Origin: an uncultured Actinomycetes bacterium | Lineage (GTDB): Bacteria; Actinomycetota; Thermoleophilia; UBA2241 | Assembly (NCBI GenBank): GCA_963767005.1 | Contig: CAVYCN010000018.1 | Coordinates: 68,341-132,340 of the forward strand | Direction: 5' to 3' | Length of the DNA stretch: 64,000 nt | Shown here: piece by piece, positions 1 to 10,597 of the stretch | Layout of the letters: every line of letters starts with the position of its first letter | How positions within the stretch are numbered: the stretch's first letter is position 1 | Notes under the pieces: generated by a model | Database searches by the model: none | What the model saw: the letters and a program-made list of their open reading frames with translations, nothing else | Told to the model about the DNA's origin: nothing | Translations under genes and position numbers: made by a program

Positions 1-2
1 TG

Positions 3-290
3 CAGGCCGTTCGCCTCGCGGCCATCGAGGCCGCGAAGGATCTCGGCGCCGAGGCTGAGCAGGCCGCGGCGCGCGCCTACGCCGACGCGATGGCTCTCCT
101 GGGCGTCCGTCCGTGCATGGTCATCGCTGCGCAGGCCGCCGGCAACGTGGCACCGCTCGCAGCTGGGCTGGGGTTCAACGTCGACTACCCGGTCGGCAAG
201 CAGTCGATCGACTTGCTCGCGTGGCGCGCTGGACCCGCCGACGCGCCGCCATCACGACGGTCTGAGGTCGCAGCATGCCGGAATCCGTGA
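3..290 (+). CDS. C-terminal end of a gene entering from upstream of the window (hypothetical protein)
   Basis: Frame open from the window edge to TGA at 288-290. No recognisable motif. Confidence 0.3.
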   Translation, partial: QAVRLAAIEAAKDLGAEAEQAAARAYADAMALLGVRPCMVIAAQAAGNVAPLAAGLGFNVDYPVGKQSIDLLAWRAGPADAPPSRRSEVAACRNP

Positions 291-297
291 CAATGAA

Positions 298-782
298 GTG
301 GCGCGGCGTCGAGGCGACGGCGGCGGAACGCGCTGGCGCTGCCGCGGCCTCACCCTCTGGGCCGAGCACGTGCTGCAACAGTCGGTCGAGATCGTGCCGC
401 TGTTGGAGGGCACGCTAGAGCGCAGCGGCGCGGTCAGTCCAGCGAACGCCGAAAGCCTGACGGCCGCCGTCTCCTACGACACGCCCTACGCGGTGCGCCA
501 GCATGAGGACCTCACGTATCACTATCCGAACGGGCGCCAGGCGAAGTACCTCGAAACGCCGCTCAATGCGTCGGTCGACACGGGCAAGGCGTTAGTGGCC
601 GAAGAGATCCACGCGGCGCTCACCGGCGGCCGGCTGCGCCCGTCCTATCGGCGGCCGAGGACGCCTCGACCCCCGACGACAGCGGCGGCCCGGACGTGGG
701 TGACATGGTCAGCGACGTGGCCAGCGTGGCGCAGGTCGTGGTCAACGTGATCGCGCCCGAAACGCTCATCTTCGACCTCTGA
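298..782 (+). pseudogene. hypothetical protein with an apparent -1/+2 frameshift near 640-660; the N-part is ORF 298-750 and the C-part continues in another frame to TGA 780-782
   Basis: Both pieces have protein-like composition: '...YDTPYAVRQHEDLTYHYPNGRQAKYLETPL...' and '...DDSGGPDVGDMVSDVASVAQVVVNVIAPETLIFDL*'. They cannot be joined without a frame change. Confidence 0.3.
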
Positions 783-808
783 CCGGAAGACGATCAGGGG
801 CAGCGGCC

Positions 809-1767
809 ATGACCATCCAACTGATCGAAACCGCCCAGTCCGACGAGCTGCTCGAGCCCGATTTCATGTTCGCCGACGACGACCGGACCGCGACGAGCAG
901 CTGCAGCAGCGAGCACAGGAGTGGAAAGAGCGAATCGGCCACGGGGCCGTGGCCGACCTGTGGACGGGCTGCAACTTCGGCTGCAGGTACTGCCTGCCGA
1001 TGGCTCGCGGCTGGGCGGCGCAGTGGCAGGAGCGCGCCGCCCTGCCGCCTGGGCACCGCTTGCTAGACAGCCACGTCCAGCCGCGCACCTGCGACCCGCT
1101 CAATACCGTGCGACTGGAGGCGACCGAAGGTCCGGCCCCGCCGGCTGTGCTCTCTCCCTTCAGCGACCCCTATCCGCCCGAGGAAGAGGCGGCCGGCGTG
1201 ACCAGGGCTGCGATCGCGGCCCTGCACGGCTACGGTATCGGCGTCCAGATCATCACGAAGTCGGGAACGCGGCCCGTGCGTGACTTTCAGGCGCTCCGCC
1301 CGGGCCGCGGCGCGAAGCGAGGCGCGAAACTCGGCGCCCATCCCGACGACGCCTTTGGTGCGACCCTCACGTTCGTGAACGAGGGCGACTCGCGAGCCTG
1401 GGAGCCTCGAGCAGCGTCGCCCGCGGAGCGCATGGCGGGTCTCGAGGAAGCGCACCGGCGCCGCATCCCGACGTTCGTCAACCTAGCTCCCGTGATGGAC
1501 GCCAACCAGGCCCTCGAGCTCATCCGCCGCACGCACGCCTACGTCGACTTCTACCACGTCGGCATGATGCGGCAGCGCGAAAGCGCGGTCTCACCGGCCG
1601 ACTACGAGGGATTCGGCCGGCAGGCGGCGGTGCTGTGCCGGGACGTGAACGTCCCCTGCTCCATCAGCCGACCGACGAACAGCGTCGACGAGTGCTACAG
1701 GATCGTGGACGACGTCATGAGCCTCGCCGGCTGGCGGATGACTTGCGCGACGCGCCCCGAGTGGTGA
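809..1767 (+). pseudogene. radical SAM protein (CxxxCxxC 'CNFGCRYC'), apparently frameshifted between the ATG-809 frame and the GTG-949 frame
   Basis: ATG at 809 has an AGGGG Shine-Dalgarno. The CxxxCxxC motif lies only 8 codons after the first in-frame start (GTG 949) of the downstream frame. The upstream piece of that frame ('DEQLQQRAQEWKERIGHGAVADLW') has no start codon. Confidence 0.5.
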
Positions 1768-1879
1768 CCGCGCACGTTGGCGACTCGTTGTCGAGGCGCA
1801 GGAAACGCGCTCGCCGCCACGGCGCTGCATCATAGGCAGTGATGCGGTGATACCATCGCGGCTGTCGAGCGGGGGGCCC

Positions 1880-2053
1880 GCGATGGCAGTATGTCCGAGG
1901 TGTGGGCAGCAGCTGGTGAGCGGCCGGTGCATCAACTGCCAGCCGCTCCGCCCGGGCTTCGACAGGACGACCTTCCTCATCGGCCAGGTCTGGAAGCTCG
2001 TCATGCTGATCGTCTTCATCGCGATCCTGCTCTTCTTCATCTGGCACTGCTGA
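1880..2053 (+). CDS. small zinc-ribbon (CPRCG...CINC) protein with a C-terminal transmembrane helix
   Basis: GGGGGG Shine-Dalgarno before ATG 1880. It has two CxxC pairs followed by a hydrophobic helix, 'LVMLIVFIAILLFFIW'. Confidence 0.45.
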   Translation, partial: AMAVCPRCGQQLVSGRCINCQPLRPGFDRTTFLIGQVWKLVMLIVFIAILLFFIWHC

Positions 2054-2147
2054 ACCGCGTTCGGAGCGACTCCGTCGCAACGACGGTGGGGCCGCCGCGC
2101 ATACGATCCCGCGAATCTAGAGTTGCGCTACCCGGATAGGAGGGGCC

Positions 2148-2522
2148 ATGTCTCGGAGAACGTTGGCGGTAGGGGCGGTCGCAATCATCGCGCTGGCCCT
2201 TGTACTGTCGGCCTGCGGGTCGAAGGACCCGTTCGTCGGTGACTGGAAGCAGTCTGACCAGGGCGGCACGATGTACTTCCACGTCGACGCGCCAAAGAAC
2301 GGGGTCTACGACATCAGCTGGAGCAACGGAACATCCGGGACGGAGAGCCCCACCGCCGACACCTCAGAGGTGATGCACTTTCAGGTGAAGAAGACGGGGT
2401 CCGGGGTCTACTCGGGCGGCGACCCCACAACGACCCTCACCCTGGTCGGCGACAAAAGCATGACGGTCGAGTACATGGACACCGACAACCAAGAGGCCCG
2501 CGCCAATTTCACGAAGCAGTAG
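2148..2522 (+). CDS. lipoprotein (signal peptide + lipobox LSAC)
   Basis: AGGAGGGG Shine-Dalgarno 6 nt before the ATG. The N-terminus is 'MSRRTLAVGAVAIIALALVLSACGS'. Confidence 0.75.
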   Translation: MSRRTLAVGAVAIIALALVLSACGSKDPFVGDWKQSDQGGTMYFHVDAPKNGVYDISWSNGTSGTESPTADTSEVMHFQVKKTGSGVYSGGDPTTTLTLVGDKSMTVEYMDTDNQEARANFTKQ

Positions 2523-2534
2523 GGGAAGCCCGCT

Positions 2535-2942
2535 TCACAGCTTGCTCGCCAGGGCAGCCGGGATACTGCTCCACCGCATCGTCGCGGGATCAGCAGAGAG
2601 CAACTCTTCAATCACCGCGGCCTTGCGCCGACGGGTGACGTGGGCCCGCACCTCTTCGTCGGGGTTACGAGAGGGACGGACGGGCTTCGACGGACAAGCC
2701 TTCGGAAACGCGGTCCACGTGTTCGCCTCGTCCGGGTCAATACGCTCCAGCGGCCTAAGCATGTAGACGAACTCCTCGCTGCCTTCCTCGGAGAGCTCGC
2801 TCAAAGCGTAGACCGTCCCGTCCTTAAGAAGAAGGCTGCGTCCGGGGCTTGCCGCCAGGCGCAGGCCCAGCGGCCTCCGCTCCTCTTCCCAAGTGAAGTC
2901 GCCGAGCAGTTCCCAACCCTCGAGCGGATCGCGATCGTCCAC
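2535..2942 (-). CDS. hypothetical protein
   Basis: 135-aa ORF starting at GTG with a GGGGGGG Shine-Dalgarno. No recognisable domain. Confidence 0.4.
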   Translation of the reverse strand: MDDRDPLEGWELLGDFTWEEERRPLGLRLAASPGRSLLLKDGTVYALSELSEEGSEEFVYMLRPLERIDPDEANTWTAFPKACPSKPVRPSRNPDEEVRAHVTRRRKAAVIEELLSADPATMRWSSIPAALASKL

Positions 2943-2998
2943 GGAGCCCCCCCACGTCGATACCGTGCCGGCATCATGTCAAAACTCCCTGGGACGAG

Positions 2999-3034
2999 AA
3001 AGGTCCGCCACCGCCGCAACGGTGGCGGACCTTT
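2999..3034 (-). terminator. perfect 15-bp stem / 6-nt loop hairpin downstream of ORF 3057-3578
   Basis: 'aaaggtccgccaccg ccgcaa cggtggcggaccttt' is followed on the minus strand by GUUUUG. Confidence 0.5.
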
Positions 3035-3056
3035 CTGTCGTTCCGGTACAGGTCGC

Positions 3057-3578
3057 TCAGGACTGCACGGCGGCCTTCTCCATGCGCCTGGCGGCCTCCT
3101 GGCGCCCGAGCGGGTAGGTCGTGACCAGTAGAAGCGTCTCCCGGCACTCGCGCAGCACGACCATGAAACTGAGGTCGACCGGCGCGACGACTACCGTATC
3201 GAGGCGAGCTCGGCCGCTGCGGCCGGCGCGATTCCTGCGCGGCTGACGCCAGGAGCAGGCCCGGAGGTCGCCCTTCGCCTGTCGCTCGAGGATGTCCCAA
3301 ACGCGCCCCAGCATGGCGCAGCGCTCAAGGTCCAGCCACCGGCCCCGCTTCGGGCCGCGGTCGCCGGTGACGAGATGCCAGAACAGCGTCTCGTGGTCGC
3401 CGCAGGCCGCCACCGTTCGGCCGTCGATCGCCAGGTGGCCGTCGACGATCGCCTCGAATTGCCAGCGGCAGCGTTGCAGCCACTCGATTAGCGGGCCGTC
3501 GAAGTCGCGGATGCGGAAGGGCTCCGGCAGGCCGAGCTCGCCGCGAAGATCCGGCGCGATCGCGACCATCACGACCAC
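3057..3578 (-). CDS. hypothetical protein
   Basis: 173-aa ORF. Alternative start ATG at 3569. Confidence 0.4.
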   Translation of the reverse strand: MVVMVAIAPDLRGELGLPEPFRIRDFDGPLIEWLQRCRWQFEAIVDGHLAIDGRTVAACGDHETLFWHLVTGDRGPKRGRWLDLERCAMLGRVWDILERQAKGDLRACSWRQPRRNRAGRSGRARLDTVVVAPVDLSFMVVLRECRETLLLVTTYPLGRQEAARRMEKAAVQS

Positions 3579-4106
3579 TCGCTACGGGGCGCCCTGAGGC
3601 GCTGACGGCGCGCCTCGCGCGCCAAGCGGGCCGCGGCGTCTACCCGGTCGACTGCGCGCCGGTAGGTCTGTGTTGGCTCCGCTACCGCGTGTTGGTAGGC
3701 CCGCCGCACCGTCTCGCAGGCCGGCAGGCGGTGGACCTGTCCGCCCTCGGTGCGGGCCAGGTACATGAACTCTACGGCGCGCTCGGCGTCGACCGACACG
3801 AGATCCTCGTCGGCCGGCTTGGCGCCGGGAGACGCGCTGCCGACCACGAAGCCGGCAGCGGTCTCGAGAAGCATGAGGCGCCGGCCGGGCGTCCCCCGGC
3901 TTGCGACCTCAGCGACGAGCGACCCTACCTCGCTCGTCAAGACCTGTGCAGATGCCGTTCGCATGTGACCCCTTTCGGTTGGCCGTGCTGCCAACGCTGC
4001 TGCCAACGTTGGCCGTGTCCGGCCGTGTCCTTGGGTGGGTCGCCATGGGCGGCGCTGGCCTTCGGAACATGCCTGTGAGCAGGGAAATCGATAGCTCGTA
4101 ATGATG

Positions 4107-4139
4107 GGGTCCTCGGTTCGATTCCGAGCGTCGGCTCCA
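4107..4139 (+). other. orphan tRNA 3'-end fragment (variable region, T-arm, acceptor 3' strand, discriminator and CCA) without a matching 5' half
   Basis: 'ctcgg ttcgatt ccgag' forms a perfect T-arm with a GTTCGATTC loop, followed by 'cgtcggc t cca'. No complementary 5' acceptor strand, D-arm or anticodon arm exists upstream. Confidence 0.45.
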
Positions 4140-4242
4140 AGAACTTCCGCGGCAGACTCCATCTGCGGCGGCGGGGCCTCTTCTCTCACCCGGTGCGCGC
4201 AGCGTCCCGGCCGGTCGCCGGTCCGCGTGCCTTGCCGGTGCT

Positions 4243-5364
<1,122 letters not shown>

Positions 5365-5461
5365 CGCCTTGCCCCCTGGATCGAAGAAGGACGTTCTCCG
5401 GCGGCACGCGGGGCAGGGACGACCCCTCGTGCGCTCAGGTTCGGGCGAAGCGGCGGAAGAA

Positions 5462-5500
5462 GAGGCGCCCGCCGGAGCGGTGAGCTCCGACGGGCGCCTC
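5462..5500 (-). terminator. long GC hairpin downstream of csp
   Basis: 'gaggcgcccgccggagc ggtga gctccgacgggcgcctc' is followed on the minus strand by CUUCUU. Confidence 0.45.
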
Positions 5501-5537
5501 TGGAGGTCCGCTCAGGACTTCGCGGCGCGAACGTCCG

Positions 5538-5738
5538 TCAGGCGAGCCTTACGTTGGTAGCCTGGGGGCCCTTCTGGCCCTGCTCGACCTCGAACTCAAC
5601 GGCCTGATCCTCGGACAGGCTCGCAAGACCGGGCGCCAGCGAGTTGGCGTGCACGAACACGTCCTTGCTGCCGTCGTCCGGGGCGATGAAGCCGTAGCCC
5701 TTGCCACCGTTGAACCACTTAACTTTGCCTTGAGCCAA
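5538..5738 (-). CDS. cspA: cold-shock protein (CspA family)
   Basis: '(M)[33 protein letters not shown]'. TTG start with GAGGAG Shine-Dalgarno. The ORF track's upstream ATG at 5798 would add 20 aa. Confidence 0.85.
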   Translation of the reverse strand: MAQGKVKWFNGGKGYGFIAPDDGSKDVFVHANSLAPGLASLSEDQAVEFEVEQGQKGPQATNVRLA

Positions 5739-5888
5739 TTCCTGCTCCTCTAGCCAGGAGCGTGTCTGCGGCAACTCTCGAAGCAACGACGCGCTCACCT
5801 ATGAATGCTGCTACGAAAGCTGCAACGCAACAGTCATGACAGTGTACCCTATTTCGGCCTTTTTGGGAGCCGCCATGAGTCGATGGTC

Positions 5889-7292
5889 TCACATCTCCGG
5901 CTGCAAGGGGGCTTCGCGGCGGACATCGGGCGTGCGCAGCGCGAGCTTCTTCAGGTATCCGCGGTTGGATCGATCCCAGCGCCAGCGGCGCGCGTACCAC
6001 CAGCACCAGGCGTGGTCGCGCACCGCCGCGAAGCGCAGACCGGCGAGGTGATCGAGGACGCGACGCAGTGAGTAGAAGCGGGCGTAGCCGCGCAGCACCT
6101 CGGTCTGCAGGTCGACCGGCCGCAGGCGCCGCGGTGTGAACACCACGTGCTGCCCGTCGTAGAGGCGCCAGTCGCGTTCGAAGATCCGCCCTTCGGCCTG
6201 CATGTCCGCGAACTGGCGCGTGCCCGGCGCCGGCGTGAGGATGTTGAGCATCAGCGTGTCGACGCCATGGGCGCGGGCGAAGTCGACGGTTTCACGCACG
6301 GTACCGGCCGAGTCGGTGTCGGCGCCCAGGACGAACATGCCATGGCAGCGGATGCCGACCTCGTGCAGCCGGCGCACCGCCTGCACGACGTCGTCGACCG
6401 TCTGCGACTTGTCGAAGCTGTCGAGCGTGGCCTGGTCGATCGACTCGAGGCCGAGGGCCACCCGGTAGCAGCCCGACCGTCGCATGAGGTCGAGCAGCTC
6501 GTCGTCGCGCGTGGCGTCGGCCCTGATCTGAGCCTGCCAGGGCACGACCAGGTCGCGTTCGATCATGAGACGCAGCAGCGTCTTCAGGCGCCGCTTGTCG
6601 GCGGCGAAGTTGTCGTCGTAGAAGAACACGAAGCTGGGCCGTTTCGCGGCGAGCTCGGCGATCACGGCCTCGGGGCTGCGATACCGGTAGCGGCGCCCGA
6701 ACATCGCGGTCACCGAGCAGAAGTTGCAGGCGAAGGGGCAGCCCCAGCTCGTCATGATGGGGGTCGACCTCAGGCGCTCGTGGCCGACGATCAGCGTGAG
6801 GTCGGGCACGGGCAGGTCGTCGAGGTCGGCGGCCGGCTCGCGCGGCTCGTTGTGTACCGACACGCCCGCCCGCCTGAACGACAGGCCGGGGATGTCGTCG
6901 AGCGCGCGCCGGCCCCGCAGCGCCTCGACGAGCTCGAGCATGAGCGCCTCGCCACCCTCGCCGCGGGCCACGTAGTCGGCGTGGGCGAGCGCCTCGTCGG
7001 CGGCGAAGGTCACGTGCGAGCCGCCGATCACGGTGGGTATCCCGCGGCCCCGCAGCTCGTCGGCCAGCTCGTAGGCGGCGGGCGCCGTCGCGGTCGTCGC
7101 CGAGATGCCTACGAGATCGCTCGACAGGAGGTCGCGGCGATCGATCGGCGCGACGTGAGGACAGTAGACGAGCACGTCGTGGCCCGCCTCGTTGAGCGCC
7201 GCGCCGATCATCGGCAGGCCGAGCCGCGGATACAGCAGGGGCGACCACAGATGAAGGCTCGGCGACTCCGGCTCGATCAAGCGGATCTTCAT
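5889..7292 (-). CDS. B12-binding-domain radical SAM protein (class B)
   Basis: N-terminal cobalamin-binding fold ('MKIRLIEPE...VLVYCPH...IGISATT'), then 'CPFACNFC' (CxxxCxxC). GGGAG Shine-Dalgarno before the ATG at 7292. Confidence 0.8.
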   Translation of the reverse strand: MKIRLIEPESPSLHLWSPLLYPRLGLPMIGAALNEAGHDVLVYCPHVAPIDRRDLLSSDLVGISATTATAPAAYELADELRGRGIPTVIGGSHVTFAADEALAHADYVARGEGGEALMLELVEALRGRRALDDIPGLSFRRAGVSVHNEPREPAADLDDLPVPDLTLIVGHERLRSTPIMTSWGCPFACNFCSVTAMFGRRYRYRSPEAVIAELAAKRPSFVFFYDDNFAADKRRLKTLLRLMIERDLVVPWQAQIRADATRDDELLDLMRRSGCYRVALGLESIDQATLDSFDKSQTVDDVVQAVRRLHEVGIRCHGMFVLGADTDSAGTVRETVDFARAHGVDTLMLNILTPAPGTRQFADMQAEGRIFERDWRLYDGQHVVFTPRRLRPVDLQTEVLRGYARFYSLRRVLDHLAGLRFAAVRDHAWCWWYARRWRWDRSNRGYLKKLALRTPDVRREAPLQPEM

Positions 7293-7458
7293 GGGACTCC
7301 CGTCAGCCGACACGGGCCGAGGCGACCGGCGTCGTGGGCCCGGCCCACGAGCGGGGCCCCTCGCGCGCCTCGTGGTGGCCCCTTTCTACCCACAAGACGG
7401 GCTGCGCGGGGGCGTTCGGCGTTGGAAGTTTCGAGACGGACCGCGGAACTTCTCGGGG

Positions 7459-7668
7459 CTATTTGGTGCGGGTGCCGAGCGACGCACGCTTGAGCTGGGG
7501 CCACTGCGACTTGCGCACGACGAGCCGCCGGCCGCCCTGAGCGACGAGCGTGACGTAGGGCTCCTGCGATGAATCGCCGTAGCGGACCGCGGTGCTCATG
7601 TTCCGCTCGGCGACAGTCCACATATGGCCGTCGAAGCGCACGTATGCGCCCAGCTCGGTATTGTCCAC
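7459..7668 (-). CDS. small hypothetical protein (69 aa)
   Basis: Non-repetitive composition, GTG start, TAG stop. Lies directly upstream of the B12-radical-SAM gene. Confidence 0.35.
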   Translation of the reverse strand: MDNTELGAYVRFDGHMWTVAERNMSTAVRYGDSSQEPYVTLVAQGGRRLVVRKSQWPQLKRASLGTRTK

Positions 7669-7795
7669 GATCGTCTCCCATGCGGTGATCCGCGCCAGTG
7701 GAGAGGTGGGCGCCCACGCCGGCTCCAGAGCGAGCGGAGCTGAGCAAGAGCTTACACCCTCGTGGCGCGCTCTGCCCCGATCGCGACGGTCCTTC

Positions 7796-8434
7796 CTACG
7801 AGGTCGCGCTCGCGTCGGCCTCGAGGTGGTAGCGCTTCCAGGCGGCGTCGTTGTCGGCGGCGTCGGTCCCAGTCAGCAGGCGGCGTTCGTCGGAGCCGGC
7901 GAGCCTCTTCAGGTGCATCGTCTGCCCGCAGGCGGGACAGTCCTGCGTGGCTCGGGGCGGAGGCTCGACCGCGACCGCGCAGTACGGGCAGGAGACCGGC
8001 CCGTCCATACGCGTCGGGTCCGTGGCCGGCTCGCCCTCTGTGCGCGGCAAGCTCGACGTTGCCACTGAGGAGCCGGTCGCCGCGGCCGGAGGCTGGTCGG
8101 CGGTCGTCGCCGGCACGGCGAGCTCCCATTCCGCGAGCTCGGCGAGCCATTCACGCAGGCCGTCGTGCGCCCAGTCCAGCCAGGCGCGCCGATCGTAGTC
8201 GATGAGCTTGCCGGCGCTGACCGACGCGCCCTCGACGGACAGCCGTGGCGCCCGGTAGACGACCTGCTTGCCCGCCCAGGAGCTGCGCGAGTTGAAGGTG
8301 GCGACGACTCTGGGCGGCGCCGCCGAGCCGGCCGCGACGGGGGTCGCGGTGACCCCGTCCGGCGACGCGCCGCAGGCCGGACAGACCTGCACCGCGGGGT
8401 CGAGCGCGGCTCCACACGTGCGACAGCGCGGCAT
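7796..8434 (-). CDS. double zinc-ribbon protein
   Basis: GAGGGAG Shine-Dalgarno before the ATG. It has 'CRTCGA...CPACGA' at the N-terminus and 'CPYC...CPACG' at the C-terminus. Confidence 0.6.
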   Translation of the reverse strand: MPRCRTCGAALDPAVQVCPACGASPDGVTATPVAAGSAAPPRVVATFNSRSSWAGKQVVYRAPRLSVEGASVSAGKLIDYDRRAWLDWAHDGLREWLAELAEWELAVPATTADQPPAAATGSSVATSSLPRTEGEPATDPTRMDGPVSCPYCAVAVEPPPRATQDCPACGQTMHLKRLAGSDERRLLTGTDAADNDAAWKRYHLEADASATS

Positions 8435-8650
8435 GGCGACTCCCTCATCGGATGTCCCTTCAGCCCGCTCTGTGATGCAGGTCAGGGCAGGGCCAGCGTA
8501 CCCTCCGGGAAGCCCCCGGCACAACCTGGACCTCGGCAAGAAATCGCCCCGAATCGTGCGCTCGACGGCGCGAGGCGACATAATGCGTCAGAACAGTGTG
8601 CATCGCGGCCGACGGCGGTCTCGGTGCGCCCAGGAAGGCGAGGCAGAGAG

Positions 8651-9031
8651 ATGGGACCTGAGGTCGACTCCGTTCGCGGGTACCGCGAATGGCTGGCGCG
8701 AGGCCTCTACTGCTGGCTCGAGTGGCGGGCGGTGATGGCCGAGGAGCGGCCGGCCGACCGGCGCTGCCTGCAGGCCGCCAAGGCGCTCTACCGCGCGGCG
8801 CGCGAGGTCATGGCGCTGCCCGACGACGACCCGCGGCTGCTGCGGCTGGCGCGTCTTTGTGATGCGGGCGACGGCGCCGTGCGCGAGTTCCGCGAGCAGG
8901 AGTGCCGCATCATCGCCTGCCACGGTTTCGGCTCTGCCGGCACGCAGACCACCGGGGGCCTGCTGGCCGCCCTGGTGAGGGCGGCAGACGACGCCGTGCT
9001 CCTGTCGCTCGAAAACGCACTCTCGCCGTAG
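8651..9031 (+). CDS. hypothetical protein
   Basis: GAGGCAGAGAG before ATG 8651. The upstream part of the track ORF is antisense to the zinc-ribbon gene. Confidence 0.45.
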   Translation: MGPEVDSVRGYREWLARGLYCWLEWRAVMAEERPADRRCLQAAKALYRAAREVMALPDDDPRLLRLARLCDAGDGAVREFREQECRIIACHGFGSAGTQTTGGLLAALVRAADDAVLLSLENALSP

Positions 9032-9134
9032 GGCGACGACCTGAGGATGCGGCGCTGCGAGGCCTGGCTCTGGGAAGCTGCCGCAGGCCAGGCAGAGCAC
9101 TGACGATACCCACTCCCGGAAAGCAGACCAAGGT

Positions 9135-9842
9135 ATGTCTCAACTCGGCGATCGCCTGACGCGTGGTAGATCAGGTCGTCAGGGACCGCGGCTCGTGCCC
9201 TACGCCGCGACGGTGCTGGCCGTCCGGCCGATCCTGAGAAGCGCCTACCGCCTCAGGGTCGTCGGCCCCGACCGAGTCCCCGCCGCGGGGCCACTCGTGG
9301 TCGTCGCCAACCACGAGAGCAACCTCGATGGCTTCGTCCTGATCTCGGTCCTCGGGAAGCGGCGCCTCACGTTCCTCTCCGCCGCGCACCTCTTCGAACG
9401 ACCCGTCATCGGGCGCTATCTGCGCGCCATCGGCGCGCTGCCGGTCGAGGAGGAGCGCGCCAACGTCGCGAGCTTCAGGAAGGCCCTCGCGATCCTCGCC
9501 GCGGGCGGGACCGTGGCCGTCTTTCCCCAGGGAGGCATCGACCGCACCGAGACCCAGGGCGGCGCGGCATACCTGGCGCTCAAAGCGGGCGCGCCGCTGC
9601 TGCCGCTGCACCTTTCGGGTACGCGCGAGGCGCTGCCGGCAGACGGCACCTGGCCTGCCCTGGCGCGCATCACGGCGCACGTCGGTGTGCCGGTCCCCGC
9701 CAGCGCGATCGCCAACGGGCACACCAGCACCAGCGCGGCGGTCGCCGAGGGCACCGCCCTCATCGCGCGACTGCTGGCCGAGATGCGAACGGCACAGGTG
9801 CCTTCACCCCGCCGTGGCGGGGTGGTCGCCCGCGACGCATGA
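9135..9842 (+). CDS. plsC: 1-acyl-sn-glycerol-3-phosphate acyltransferase family (PlsC-like)
   Basis: 'VVANHESNLDG' (HX4D motif) and 'FPQGG'. Confidence 0.8.
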   Translation: MSQLGDRLTRGRSGRQGPRLVPYAATVLAVRPILRSAYRLRVVGPDRVPAAGPLVVVANHESNLDGFVLISVLGKRRLTFLSAAHLFERPVIGRYLRAIGALPVEEERANVASFRKALAILAAGGTVAVFPQGGIDRTETQGGAAYLALKAGAPLLPLHLSGTREALPADGTWPALARITAHVGVPVPASAIANGHTSTSAAVAEGTALIARLLAEMRTAQVPSPRRGGVVARDA

Positions 9843-10597
9843 CTCGCGGCGAGCGGCGCCGGCCGGGGCAGCCCGCGCGCCGACGCAGACGGCTCCTGGC
9901 CGCCGTCGCCGTCGCGGCGGCGGTCGTCGCCCTCGTCCTGCTCGGGCTCGACCTGCACCGCCGCTGGCCCCCCTCGTCCTCCGCCCTCGCCCAGATGCGC
10001 CGCGACGCGGTGGTGTGGCAGGCCGCCCTGGCGCCGCGCTGGCCGAGCGCCTACGCCGACGACCTGAAGCTGCCGCCCGCGGTGGTGCGCGCGCTCGACG
10101 CGCGCGAGCGCTCCCAGCTCGCGAGCGTCGAGACGCAGGAGATGCTGCACGAGGACCTCGCCCAGTCCGGGATCGCCGAGCTCATGACGCAGGCGCGCCG
10201 GCTGAACCCCCAGGAGCCCCGTGAGCCGGTCGAGACGCTCTGGCAGCGCCGCGTGGTGTCGTTCCGGTTCGCGCGGCGCGACCTCGACGGCGCGATCGTC
10301 TGCGACGCTCTGATCTGGTCGGGCTCGCGCCTCGCCCGGTGGGACTCTCGGACGAAGCGCTTCGTGCCGGCGCGGCGCTTCGACGTCGAGCCGCTGTACG
10401 AGCTCGTGTTCCGCCGCGATCAGGGCCGCTGGCGGCTCGACGCGGCCGCCGTCCTGCGGTACTCGGTGGACACGAGCTCGCGCTACGGCCCCTCCACCCC
10501 GCACCGGCTGCTGCCGCCGGGCTGGGCGCCGGTCGCCACCGTGCCGGCGGCGACCTCAGCGTCGTCGCGCCCGGCGTCCTCGCCGTCGAGCCGCTAG
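9839..10597 (+). CDS. membrane-anchored hypothetical protein, translationally coupled to plsC
   Basis: ATGA overlap at 9839. One N-terminal transmembrane helix. Confidence 0.55.
   Translation: MTRGERRRPGQPARRRRRLLAAVAVAAAVVALVLLGLDLHRRWPPSSSALAQMRRDAVVWQAALAPRWPSAYADDLKLPPAVVRALDARERSQLASVETQEMLHEDLAQSGIAELMTQARRLNPQEPREPVETLWQRRVVSFRFARRDLDGAIVCDALIWSGSRLARWDSRTKRFVPARRFDVEPLYELVFRRDQGRWRLDAAAVLRYSVDTSSRYGPSTPHRLLPPGWAPVATVPAATSASSRPASSPSSR

Noticed and set aside
4071-4139. Possible complete tRNA or tmRNA (ssrA) 3' end upstream of rpoD.
   Set aside because: There is a perfect T-arm and ACCA-type 3' end, but no complementary 5' acceptor strand, D-arm or anticodon arm within 90 nt. No tag-peptide reading frame or tmRNA 5' end was found in the 660-bp gap. 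The only 7-mer able to pair with the acceptor strand is about 540 nt upstream and lacks tRNA features.
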